Origin: an uncultured bacterium
GTDB lineage: Bacteria; Bacteroidota; Ignavibacteria; Kapaibacteriales; UBA2268
DNA: 64,000 nt
Reading direction: 5' to 3'
Assembly (NCBI GenBank): GCA_942492935.1
Contig: OW818654.1
Span: forward strand, 2,412,640-2,476,639
Positions 40,883 to 49,953 of the stretch are shown piece after piece. The position numbers were made by a program, and so were the translations under genes. Below the pieces are notes generated by a model, which was not told the origin of the DNA, ran no database searches, and saw nothing but the letters and a program-made list of their open reading frames with translations. Numbering within the stretch: the stretch's first letter is position 1; each line of letters starts with the position of its first letter.

Positions 40883-42793
40883 TTATCTTTTTATGAACTT
40901 TCCGATGCTTACTATTTCGTTGTTGATGGTTACTTTTACGGTGTAGGAAGCGGTTTGGAGATTGTCTAATTCAGAGTATTTGATGCTGTTGTTGCCTTCA
41001 TTGATGTAGTTGTCGAATGAACATACTTTAATGCCAAGCAAATCAATTATTTCAATAGTACCAAGTCCTTCTTTTGGGCTATCAAAAGAAATATTTAAAT
41101 AATCAGTAGCAGGATTTGGAAATATATTGCTTGGTGCAATCTTAAAACCATCGACTGATGCAAGGTCTTTTAAATTAGAGAACTTTGCTAAAAAGGGATT
41201 ATAAGGATAGTAAGTTTTCCATAAAGCATTTTCCGTTATTGGGAAATAAATTGCACCAGCTGCATATCCGGTTACATATAAGTTATCATCTTTATCCAAT
41301 TGAATATCACGAAATACTACTGCATCAGAATTACCGAATGTTGTTGAATAAATTAACTTAGATAATGTACTATCAAATATTGCTATATAAGAAGTAGTAA
41401 CCTCATAACCATATCCATCCATGTGACTGTTTACTTTTAGCCAGTCAAAGGGAAATGCACCTTTAGTTGTAATCGGTGTTGATAAATATTCAGAACCAAA
41501 TTTTGGATTATTTCTACAAAAAGCACCGGACATATAAACATTACTATTTTTATCTTGTATCAAGTCTCTAGTAAAAATCTCAGATTTTACATTTCCAAAA
41601 TAAGTAGAATATTTTGTAACATTTAAACTACTATCCAAACATTGAATATAGCCGGCAGTAATCCAGCCATTTTGGAATTTTGATTGAAACCCATTTGAAA
41701 TATCAACTTTAAGAGAATTGTCCGTTTTCCCAGTTACAAAAATATCACCAAATTTGCTTATTAAAATATCATAATTTCCAACATAATTATCAGTTTTATT
41801 TTGAACATTAATTATTGAATTAAGCAAAATAGAACCATCTTCTGATATCTTTGCAATAAATCCCTTTTTATCACCTAATCCCTGTATTTCTGTTGGGTTT
41901 TCACTTTTTGAAATAGTATAGTCAGGGAAATCATAAAAATTAGTTTGCCCAGCAACAAATATTTCATTATTAAGACCTATAGCAATACCTGCAATATTTG
42001 AAAATATTTCAGTTTTAGGTAACCCATCGGTATTCAAACCCGAGCAATATGATGAGAAAATTAAATCCTGAAAATCAGGTGTAAATTTTGCAATAAATCC
42101 AATTTGATTTACTTTTGGATTTAACGGTTGAAAGCTGTTAGTTGTAGTTTTCACTCCGTTACTATCACAATACCCAACAATTACAACATTTCCTTTTTTA
42201 TCTATTTCCATATCATTTATATAAATTATTGATTTGTTACCTGTCAATTCGTTTCCAAAATATGCACTTGCTAATAATTGACTAAAATCGCTATTAAATT
42301 TAAGTAGCAGTATAGTCTTATGTGTGTTGAAATTATCATTGGCAACAATATCATTATCATTATTTTCAAAACTAACTGCAATATAACAATTTCCGAAATC
42401 ATCAATTTCTAAATCCCCATCGTACCCGATATAATCAACAATGCCGATAGAAGTAGCATTTTCAATCTGAAAATTATTGCGGTTTTGCTTTAAAAGAAAG
42501 CCATTAGCTGCCCTTTGTCCATTATTACTATCTAATTTATTTTTAAAGGCATTATTGCTAAATGGAAATCCAGATTCATTGGTTCTTCCCATAATTACAG
42601 GATTACCTAATTTATCAAGTTTTATTCTATTACTCAAAGTAGTAGAATTAGCAGATTTCATCAAATATGAAGAATAAATTAGTGAATTAATCAATAGACT
42701 TGAGTTAATAGTGTTATTAGCAATGTTACTACTCGAAAATAAATTAATAAAATGAAAAAGCATAACCAATATCAATATTGATATGTATTTCAT
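40883..42793 (-). CDS. Secreted beta-propeller-like protein with a T9SS C-terminal sorting domain.
   Basis: 636 aa. N-terminal signal/TM. The C-terminal 80 aa (IFPNPATDYLNISF...YTVKVTINNEIVSIGKFIKR) match the T9SS CTD. Confidence 0.6.
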   Translation of the reverse strand: MKYISILILVMLFHFINLFSSSNIANNTINSSLLINSLIYSSYLMKSANSTTLSNRIKLDKLGNPVIMGRTNESGFPFSNNAFKNKLDSNNGQRAANGFLLKQNRNNFQIENATSIGIVDYIGYDGDLEIDDFGNCYIAVSFENNDNDIVANDNFNTHKTILLLKFNSDFSQLLASAYFGNELTGNKSIIYINDMEIDKKGNVVIVGYCDSNGVKTTTNSFQPLNPKVNQIGFIAKFTPDFQDLIFSSYCSGLNTDGLPKTEIFSNIAGIAIGLNNEIFVAGQTNFYDFPDYTISKSENPTEIQGLGDKKGFIAKISEDGSILLNSIINVQNKTDNYVGNYDILISKFGDIFVTGKTDNSLKVDISNGFQSKFQNGWITAGYIQCLDSSLNVTKYSTYFGNVKSEIFTRDLIQDKNSNVYMSGAFCRNNPKFGSEYLSTPITTKGAFPFDWLKVNSHMDGYGYEVTTSYIAIFDSTLSKLIYSTTFGNSDAVVFRDIQLDKDDNLYVTGYAAGAIYFPITENALWKTYYPYNPFLAKFSNLKDLASVDGFKIAPSNIFPNPATDYLNISFDSPKEGLGTIEIIDLLGIKVCSFDNYINEGNNSIKYSELDNLQTASYTVKVTINNEIVSIGKFIKR

Positions 42794-42797
42794 AACT

Positions 42798-43109
42798 TTA
42801 CCTCGAAACTTTATTTAAAATTAATCTTTTAATAAAAATTTTGCCATCAGAATCTGACATTGTAATAACTAAATAATAATTCATTGGTAATTGACCAGTC
42901 AAATCTATTTTAATCGTTTGGGTACCTGTACTCAAATTATAATTTTCAATATTAATTAAATTGCCTTGAATATCATATATCATTAAATTAATATTACTGC
43001 TTTTATTTAAGTCAAAAGATAAAGTAGTATTATTAATAAATGGGTTTGGATATACAATTATATTAGTTGGATATTCAAATTCTTCATTTGTACTATTTTT
43101 TAACATTAA
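42798..43109 (-). pseudogene. 3' fragment of an IS-disrupted gene. It encodes only a T9SS C-terminal sorting domain (YPNPFINNTTLSF...YYLVITMSDSDGKIFIKRL).
   Basis: The 104-aa ORF has an apparent GTG start that lies inside the IS inverted repeat. The reading frame is continuous with the fragment at 45202..45451 once the IS and one ATTAA copy are removed. Confidence 0.6.
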
Positions 43110-45196
43110 CACAGATTTTCACGGAAAAGAATGATACGTAGTTTACGAATAGGTAGCCCCTTTGAAAATCATTTTTTTGTAACCTAAGGATTGGTATTTC
43201 AAATCGTTAAATTGGTTCATTGATTCGAGTAAAAGTGGTAGATTTCTTTTCTTTTTCAGATTAACAATAATACTATCATTTTCAATTTGAATATCAGCAC
43301 TATTGAGCAAAAACTTTTCGTACAAACTTTGAACTGATAATTTTTCATATCTCGGCAAATCATTTGCAAATAATCTGTATATATTATGCGTAAGAATTGA
43401 CATTGTCAAATCAAAATCAACTTTTATAACCATTGAAGAGGAAACATTATTAAGATGAAAAAATGAAATTTGTTCTGAAATTTCTTTTTCAACTAACCAT
43501 CTTCTCGCATATTTTCTAACTAAACTTTCAACTGATGAATCAAAATCATTTGTAATTATAATTGCAGGTTTTATCTTACCGTTTCCTGTAATCACTATTT
43601 GCCTGACCTCGCCCTCGTATCCTCTAAGTTTGACCTTTTGGTCACAAACTTTTAATGTTCTTTTTTTATTCGATGAGCCATCAATTCTAATAGTTTTCCA
43701 TTCAGATTTTGGCAGATTTTCAATCTCCTCAACTATATTTTTGCCTCGTCTACGAATCGTTAAAAACATTATTCCATCGTTATTTAGACGGTTTAGATTT
43801 TCATAATTTGTAAATTTACTATCAAAAACTAAATATTTTAATTCCATTTTACCGTCAGAACCTGCTTTATAAAAATCAATAAATTCCAAAATAACAGCAT
43901 TTTCATCTTTATGCATTATATTCGTGTCTCCATAATCAATTATCCCACTTTCTTGATCCTGTGCCAGAACCGCCAGCATACTTGGAAGTGCTTTGTTACG
44001 TTTGCCAGACCAATTATTCTCCAAATGTTCTGAATCTCCCCAGTAAGGAATAGTCGTGAAATCAAGATTAAAGGTCTCTTTGATTAAACCTAATTCAATC
44101 CATTTCTTGCTCAATTTTATGAGAAAATCTTTGTTCATATCCGACGTAACTCTATCCGAATATGAAGTTAACCAAGCCGCCTTAGGCAATACATTTAATC
44201 CGGCAAAGAGACCTGAACCCTTGTCCATACACCACCAAATATTGTCAGCAGTATAACGCCTGACATCTGATGCTTTTAATGCTACAAATGATAATATTGA
44301 ACTTAATCTATTAATTTGTTTCGTTTCAGGATAATTTGATTCTTCAATGATTTGTCTAATACCAGTAGATTCGATGTAAGGAAGTAAACATAAAATTCCT
44401 GCTGCATCACTTTTAAATTCGTCCTTTTTTTGAATATCAACAGAAGCACTTTTTTCAGCTGCTATCTTTGGAAAAACTAATTGTTGTTTCTCTTCTTTGC
44501 TTCTTCTTGGCAATCTTTTGAAACCAGCTTCGTGCTGAATATTATAGATGGTCTTTTCAGAACAATTATACCCTTTGCTATCAAGAATTGTTTTAATTTC
44601 AGGAATAGAATGATTTGTAAGCCGAAGTTGAATAATCAAATTTTCGGCAGATTCAATATTGACAGGTCTTTTCCTGCCTGGTTTTTTTTCAAGAAAAAAG
44701 ATGTCAGAATTGCTATTTTTTCTTTCCTTTCTGAACCAGGTAACTAATGTGGTAAATCCACGATAGGTATAACCGAACTTTTTTGCAACTTCTGCAGCTG
44801 GAACATCATCAATAAAATACATTCTAAGAGCTTCATATTTCTTTTGAGAAATCGAAGTCGGGTTTAAGAAATACTCTTTGTCATTCATAAAAAAACCTTT
44901 TCAAATACGTGTAATTATTACCATGACAAAACTAATAAAAAATCATTAAACAACCAAGAAAAAAATGCAAAAAAGTCAATAAATGTGTATTTACTGGCAT
45001 TTACAAGGATTAAGATTTTTCAACTACAGGAATAATGAATTTTTACAACTGCTATAACAATACACATAATACGTAATATACTAAATTACAACTCTGACTA
45101 TATTTCTATAATTTATTGATATTCAAAGACTTATAAAGTCATTAGTTATTTTGTTTGATGTTTCAACTACTACAATTATTACCGTGAAAATCTGTG
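43110..45196 (-). mobile_element. Insertion sequence of 2087 bp, IS4/IS1634-like by architecture. It has 15-bp perfect terminal inverted repeats (CACAGATTTTCACGG / CCGTGAAAATCTGTG) and is flanked by a 5-bp direct duplication ATTAA (43105-43109 and 45197-45201).
   Basis: The IRs and the target-site duplication were read directly. There is a single long transposase ORF and a non-coding leader of about 300 bp. Confidence 0.8.
43143..44888 (-). CDS. DDE-type transposase of the IS (581 aa, N-terminal HTH).
   Basis: It is bounded by the terminal IRs. The N terminus has helix-turn-helix character (PAAEVAKKFGYTYRGFTTLVTWF). The family assignment is tentative. Confidence 0.7.
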   Translation of the reverse strand: MNDKEYFLNPTSISQKKYEALRMYFIDDVPAAEVAKKFGYTYRGFTTLVTWFRKERKNSNSDIFFLEKKPGRKRPVNIESAENLIIQLRLTNHSIPEIKTILDSKGYNCSEKTIYNIQHEAGFKRLPRRSKEEKQQLVFPKIAAEKSASVDIQKKDEFKSDAAGILCLLPYIESTGIRQIIEESNYPETKQINRLSSILSFVALKASDVRRYTADNIWWCMDKGSGLFAGLNVLPKAAWLTSYSDRVTSDMNKDFLIKLSKKWIELGLIKETFNLDFTTIPYWGDSEHLENNWSGKRNKALPSMLAVLAQDQESGIIDYGDTNIMHKDENAVILEFIDFYKAGSDGKMELKYLVFDSKFTNYENLNRLNNDGIMFLTIRRRGKNIVEEIENLPKSEWKTIRIDGSSNKKRTLKVCDQKVKLRGYEGEVRQIVITGNGKIKPAIIITNDFDSSVESLVRKYARRWLVEKEISEQISFFHLNNVSSSMVIKVDFDLTMSILTHNIYRLFANDLPRYEKLSVQSLYEKFLLNSADIQIENDSIIVNLKKKRNLPLLLESMNQFNDLKYQSLGYKKMIFKGATYS

Positions 45197-45201
45197 ATTA
45201 A

Positions 45202-45451
45202 TGAATTTAAAATTGCAGGCATATAAGAATCACCACCCAAATTATTATAAGTTGAAACTTTGAACAATCCAAAATCTCTCGGTATTGATGTGGCGGAATA
45301 AATAGTATTATCATAAGTACCGTAAATAGTACCTACTACGCTCATATCTTGAATCTCAAATGCTTCAAACTCTCCAAAACCATTCCATTCAGCTTTTGCT
45401 TCTCCATAAGATAAGATAAGATAAGATAAGATTTTTTGATGCTTTTTTCAT
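45202..45451 (-). pseudogene. 5' fragment of the IS-disrupted T9SS-cargo gene. It has an ATG at 45451 with an upstream AAAGGAAG motif, and a (CTTAT)5 tract that throws the start out of frame with the body of the gene.
   Basis: Minus-strand translation from the ATG gives MKKASKNLILSYLILWRSKS followed by a stop. The +1 frame continues as ...YGEAKAEWNGF...MSVVGTIYG...AILNSL into the IS. Confidence 0.5.
45406..45430. repeat. Pentanucleotide microsatellite (ATAAG)5, which is (CTTAT)5 on the coding minus strand.
   Basis: Five perfect tandem units were read directly. They lie 21 nt downstream of the ATG of the disrupted gene. Confidence 0.9.
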
Positions 45452-45923
45452 AACATCTTCCTTTTGAAAATTAAAAATTTGCATATTGTGTAAAAACACA
45501 ATACAATTTATTATGATATTTTTTAATAAAAAAGCGAAATTTGCATTATGACAAAAGATTAATTTAATTTTAATTGTGAGTTAATAATGATATTTTAATA
45601 ATACTTGAATTGCAATAAAGATAAAATTTACGACAATTAAATTATAATATGTTCATTTTGATAATATTTGCTAACTATTGATTTACAATTAAATTAAATT
45701 TTCTAAATTTAGAAATTAATTGTCATGAAAATAATTTTAGAAAATGTAGGAGTTACTTACTATATGTTATCAAAAAAATAACAAAGGATTTTTTTATCAA
45801 TGGAAGATTATTTATTTTAAAATATTTTATTACCCAATTATTTTTATTTGAAATATTATAAATATTTTACTTATTTTTGCTTCAGGATTTTAATAATTTT
45901 TATTTTTCTCTATAGGTTACAAA

Positions 45924-46262
45924 ATGGAAGCACAAAAAGTTGATATGTTCATTATGACGAATGGTAAATACTTTGAAAGCCATCACTTGATGAATATTCG
46001 TGAACAGTTATTGAATGCCGATGACTCAAAATGGAGTTTAATTCAAACAGTTCAATACAAAGACCCAACTACAACATTAATCATTTCATTGTTAGGTGGT
46101 GGTCTGGGTATTGATAGGTTTTTCATAGGTGATACTGGTCTTGGCATTGGAAAATTGTTAACTTGCGGTGGATTGGGAATTTGGGCTTTGATTGATTTGT
46201 TTTTGATAATGGGTGCAGCAAGAGAAAAAAATATGGAAAAATTCCAGCAAATGATATATTGA
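45924..46262 (+). CDS. TM2 domain-containing small membrane protein.
   Basis: 112 aa. The TM2 core is LLGGGLGIDRFFIGDTGLGIGKLLTCGGLGIWALIDLF: two helices with a conserved D-R-F..G..G.GI.KL pattern. Confidence 0.7.
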   Translation: MEAQKVDMFIMTNGKYFESHHLMNIREQLLNADDSKWSLIQTVQYKDPTTTLIISLLGGGLGIDRFFIGDTGLGIGKLLTCGGLGIWALIDLFLIMGAAREKNMEKFQQMIY

Positions 46263-46271
46263 TGAATTTAA

Positions 46272-46682
46272 ATGGAACGAAATAAGTTATACAAATTAAT
46301 TTTTGTGTTGTATCTGTTAGGACTATTTTGGATAATTAGTAATTTATTTGTTGATAACAAATTGGGTTTTATTGAAACGACTTGTGTATTCAAATTAGTA
46401 ATGGATATTCCTTGTCCATCTTGTGGCACAACTCGTTCCATAATGACAATTATAGAAGGAAATTTTATAAATGCTCTCTATATAAATCCCTTTGGATTGC
46501 TAATGATAATTATTATGGTTACAATTCCCATTTGGCTCATCATTGATATTATAAAAAGTACAAGTAGTTTTTTAATTTTTTATAATAACATTGAAAAATT
46601 TTTTCAAAGAAAAGAAATTGCATTTATATCAGTAATTTTAGTAATTATAAATTGGATATGGAATATAAGTAAAGGATTATGA
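46272..46682 (+). CDS. DUF2752-family membrane protein (CPxCG motif).
   Basis: 136 aa. Motif CPSCGTTRS after the first TM helix. This family is frequently adjacent to TM2 proteins. Confidence 0.6.
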   Translation: MERNKLYKLIFVLYLLGLFWIISNLFVDNKLGFIETTCVFKLVMDIPCPSCGTTRSIMTIIEGNFINALYINPFGLLMIIIMVTIPIWLIIDIIKSTSSFLIFYNNIEKFFQRKEIAFISVILVIINWIWNISKGL

Positions 46683-47110
46683 TAACTACAGTAGATTTCT
46701 CTTATAAGCCGAGTGATGAAGAATCTGAAAAAGCATCAAACAGTTATTTGATGTCTGTGATTGCAGTTATGGGGGGAATGCCTTTTCCTATTATTAATTT
46801 GATTGCTACATTTGCATTTTTTATGGCAAATAGAAAAAGCTCATTTTTTGTAAGATGGCATTGTTGGCAGGCGTTATTATCACAATTTTCATTCATTTTC
46901 ATGAATAGTGCATCATTTTATTGGACATTATCCATCATATTTGGGAATAGTGAATTTTCAAACAAATACATAGCTTTTATTATTACAGTAATAATTTTTA
47001 ATCTAATTGAGTTTGTAGCAACGATATATACAGCAATTCAAACTCGAAAAGGAAAACACGTAGAATGGTGGTTTTACTCTGATTTGACAAATTTAATCTG
47101 TAGGAATTAA
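46679..47110 (+). CDS. Small polytopic membrane protein, DUF4870-like.
   Basis: 143 aa, overlapping the upstream gene by 4 nt. The conserved-looking segment is RKSSFFVRWHCWQALL. Confidence 0.45.
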   Translation: MITTVDFSYKPSDEESEKASNSYLMSVIAVMGGMPFPIINLIATFAFFMANRKSSFFVRWHCWQALLSQFSFIFMNSASFYWTLSIIFGNSEFSNKYIAFIITVIIFNLIEFVATIYTAIQTRKGKHVEWWFYSDLTNLICRN

Positions 47111-47111
47111 T

Positions 47112-47915
47112 ATGTCTAAAGTTATTGGTCAATTTTTAATTTTGGTAATTCTCTTTTTTTTAAGTTGGTTTGTGTTAAGTAAAGTTGATTGGAAAACAAG
47201 TTTAGGATTGAATACAATAAGTAAATCAATGGAACAGAAATTAGCTGATTTATATATCGAACTGCTTGTTAATAATGAACAGACAATTAAATCCAAAAAA
47301 ATTGATAACATTATCAATAAAGTTTTGATTCAAATATGCTCTCATAATAATATATCAGAGGATAATTATAAAATTTATATAATTGAAAAAGATGAAATTA
47401 ATGCTTTTGCATTACCTGATGGTAATATTGTTATATATTCTGGTTTAATTAATGAATGTGAGAATATTCAGGAATTATGTGGAATTATCGGTCATGAAAT
47501 TGCTCATAATGAATTAAACCACATTATGAAAAAATTAATCAAAGAAATTGGATTATCAGCATTAACGTCAATGATTAGTGGAAATTCGGGTAGTGAAATG
47601 ATTAAGAATTCATTGAACTTATTATCATCAACGGCTTATGACCGTGAACTTGAAAAAGAAGCCGATATTACATCTGTGAATTACCTGATAAATGCAAATA
47701 TTGACCCTGTTCCATTTTCTAATTTTTTAAATAGATTACCAAATAAAACAGAAGAATACCCAAATATAATTAAATGGATAAGCACACACCCTGATTCAAA
47801 AGAAAGGTCTTTGTATATTTTAGAATTAGCAAAGAATACAGAAATTACCGAAGATAGCTTTTTAAGTGATGAAGAATGGGATTACATGAAGAATTACGTT
47901 TATGAAAATCAATAA
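47112..47915 (+). CDS. M48-family zinc metallopeptidase with an N-terminal membrane anchor.
   Basis: 267 aa. HEIAH zinc motif (IGHEIAHNELNH). N-terminal TM helix FLILVILFFLSWFVL. Confidence 0.75.
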   Translation: MSKVIGQFLILVILFFLSWFVLSKVDWKTSLGLNTISKSMEQKLADLYIELLVNNEQTIKSKKIDNIINKVLIQICSHNNISEDNYKIYIIEKDEINAFALPDGNIVIYSGLINECENIQELCGIIGHEIAHNELNHIMKKLIKEIGLSALTSMISGNSGSEMIKNSLNLLSSTAYDRELEKEADITSVNYLINANIDPVPFSNFLNRLPNKTEEYPNIIKWISTHPDSKERSLYILELAKNTEITEDSFLSDEEWDYMKNYVYENQ

Positions 47916-47933
47916 TAATTTATTCTTTATATT

Positions 47934-48638
47934 TTATAATTCTAATCGGAAACCATTTTCTTTAAGCCATTTTCTTCGTTCTTTATAATCTGGTACCATA
48001 TTTTGAACTAACTGCCAAAATCTGTCGGAATGGTTTAATTCTATTAGATGGGCTAATTCATGGCAAATAACATAATCAATTATTTCAATTGGTGCCATCA
48101 TTAATCGCCATGAAAGGTTTATATTTCCAGAACTTGAGCAAGAACCCCATCTTCTATCAGCACTTGATATTTTTACCTGCTTTACATTGAATTTAAATAA
48201 TTTAGCCAATTCTAATGATCTTTTTCGTAAGTAAAATTTTGCTTGTTTTTTATACCATAATTCAAAGTAATTTTTACCAAATTGTACACAATCTGATGAT
48301 AGTAAAAATTTCCCATTTTCAAATTTAATTGCAAAGTCGGTATTATCAATAATTTCAAGCGGATATTGAATTCCATAAGAGTAAAAATTTTCACCATTTT
48401 CAATTTTCTTAGGTACATGCTTTTTTAATGAAGCAGCTTTTATAGTTTTTTCTATCCAAATTTGCTTTTTTTCAATTAATTGATTTATGAAATCAATACT
48501 TGTTTTAATTGGTGCTTTTACAATTAATTCTGCATTTTCATTTACCATAAGCGAAATTGATTTTCGCTTAGACCTAATTAATTGATGAACAAGTGGATTT
48601 AAAATACTTTCTGATTGTCTTTTTTTGTTGAATATCAT
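47934..48638 (-). CDS. YgjP-like (DUF45 / WLM-type) metal-dependent hydrolase.
   Basis: 234 aa. HExxH motif in a YgjP-like context (ICHELAHLIELNHSDRFW). Confidence 0.65.
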   Translation of the reverse strand: MIFNKKRQSESILNPLVHQLIRSKRKSISLMVNENAELIVKAPIKTSIDFINQLIEKKQIWIEKTIKAASLKKHVPKKIENGENFYSYGIQYPLEIIDNTDFAIKFENGKFLLSSDCVQFGKNYFELWYKKQAKFYLRKRSLELAKLFKFNVKQVKISSADRRWGSCSSSGNINLSWRLMMAPIEIIDYVICHELAHLIELNHSDRFWQLVQNMVPDYKERRKWLKENGFRLEL

Positions 48639-48834
48639 ATTAAGAAATCGAAATTGAAAAAATTCAAGTAAATCATCTTATAAAAAATTATTAAACGAAT
48701 TAAATCTATATCAAATTGTAAAAATAATGTAACTATCTAACTAATGCAAAAATTAATTATATTTTACAGATTATTTAGAATAAATTCCGTAATTTTGTTG
48801 TTTGTAAAATTTCAAAAATGGCTCGGAAGTATTT

Positions 48835-49944
48835 ATGCAATTAAATTGTGGAATTGTTGGTTTGCCTAATGTTGGTAAATCAACTATTTTTTCAGCTTTA
48901 ACATCTGCCCCTGCTGAAGCGGCAAATTATCCCTTTTGTACAATAGACCCTAATGTTGGTATTGTTGCAGTACCTGATAAAAGATTAAAACAAATTACAG
49001 CACTCATCGTGCCAAAAAAAGAAATTCACACAACTGTAGAATTTGTTGATATTGCAGGTTTAGTGAGAGGAGCTTCCAAAGGGGAAGGATTGGGAAATCA
49101 ATTTCTTGGTAATATCCGACAAGTCGGAGCAATTATTCACGTAGTACGTTGTTTTGATAATGAAAATATTGTTCATGTGGAAGGAAGTATTGACCCATTG
49201 CGTGATATTGAAACAATCGAAATCGAACTTGCTCTTGCTGATATGGAAACAGTCCGTAAACGGCTTGATAATCTTGGTAAACAACTAAGAGCTCAAGATA
49301 AAAAAGTTGTTGAAAAAGCTAAAATATCTGAACCCGTTTTGAACCAATTGCTAATAACATTAAATGAAGGTAAACCAGCGAGAGGTTTGGATTTGACTCC
49401 TGAGCAGTTAAACTCAATCAGTGATTTATTTTTGATTACTATGAAAAAGCAAATATATTGCTGTAATGTTGATGAAAATTCCATCGGTGAAGATAATAAT
49501 TACGTAAAACTCGTTAAGGAGCATGCAAAGAAAAATGACTCTGAAATTGTTGTTATTTGCGGAAAATTAGAATCTGAAATAGCAGAATTGGAGTCAATAG
49601 AAGAAAAAATGGAGTTTTTGCAAGCTGCTGGTTTGGAAGAATCTGGTTTAGATAAATTAATTCGTGCTGGTTATCATGCACTTGATTTGCAAACTTACTT
49701 CACGGCTGGCGAGAAAGAGTGTCGTGCTTGGACTTTTGAAAAAGGTTCTTATGCCCCACAAGCAGCCGGCGTGATTCACACAGATTTTGAAAAAGGATTT
49801 ATCAGAGCCGAAGTTTATCATTGTAATGATTTATTTGAATATGGTTCTGAGCAAAAAGTTAAAGAAGCAGGAAAGTTAAGAATTGAAGGTAAAGATTACA
49901 TTGTTCAGGACGGTGATATAATGCACTTCAGGTTTAACGTTTAA
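48835..49944 (+). CDS. ychF: Ribosome-binding ATPase YchF (Obg-family GTPase fold).
   Basis: 369 aa. G1 motif GIVGLPNVGKST and a C-terminal TGS domain. Confidence 0.85.
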   Translation: MQLNCGIVGLPNVGKSTIFSALTSAPAEAANYPFCTIDPNVGIVAVPDKRLKQITALIVPKKEIHTTVEFVDIAGLVRGASKGEGLGNQFLGNIRQVGAIIHVVRCFDNENIVHVEGSIDPLRDIETIEIELALADMETVRKRLDNLGKQLRAQDKKVVEKAKISEPVLNQLLITLNEGKPARGLDLTPEQLNSISDLFLITMKKQIYCCNVDENSIGEDNNYVKLVKEHAKKNDSEIVVICGKLESEIAELESIEEKMEFLQAAGLEESGLDKLIRAGYHALDLQTYFTAGEKECRAWTFEKGSYAPQAAGVIHTDFEKGFIRAEVYHCNDLFEYGSEQKVKEAGKLRIEGKDYIVQDGDIMHFRFNV

Positions 49945-49953
49945 CAAAAGTTT

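Noticed and set aside
45163-45345. 60-aa minus-strand ORF, considered as an independent gene.
   Set aside because: Its 3' end reads into the IS inverted repeat. It is the middle segment of the IS-disrupted T9SS-cargo gene, not a separate gene.
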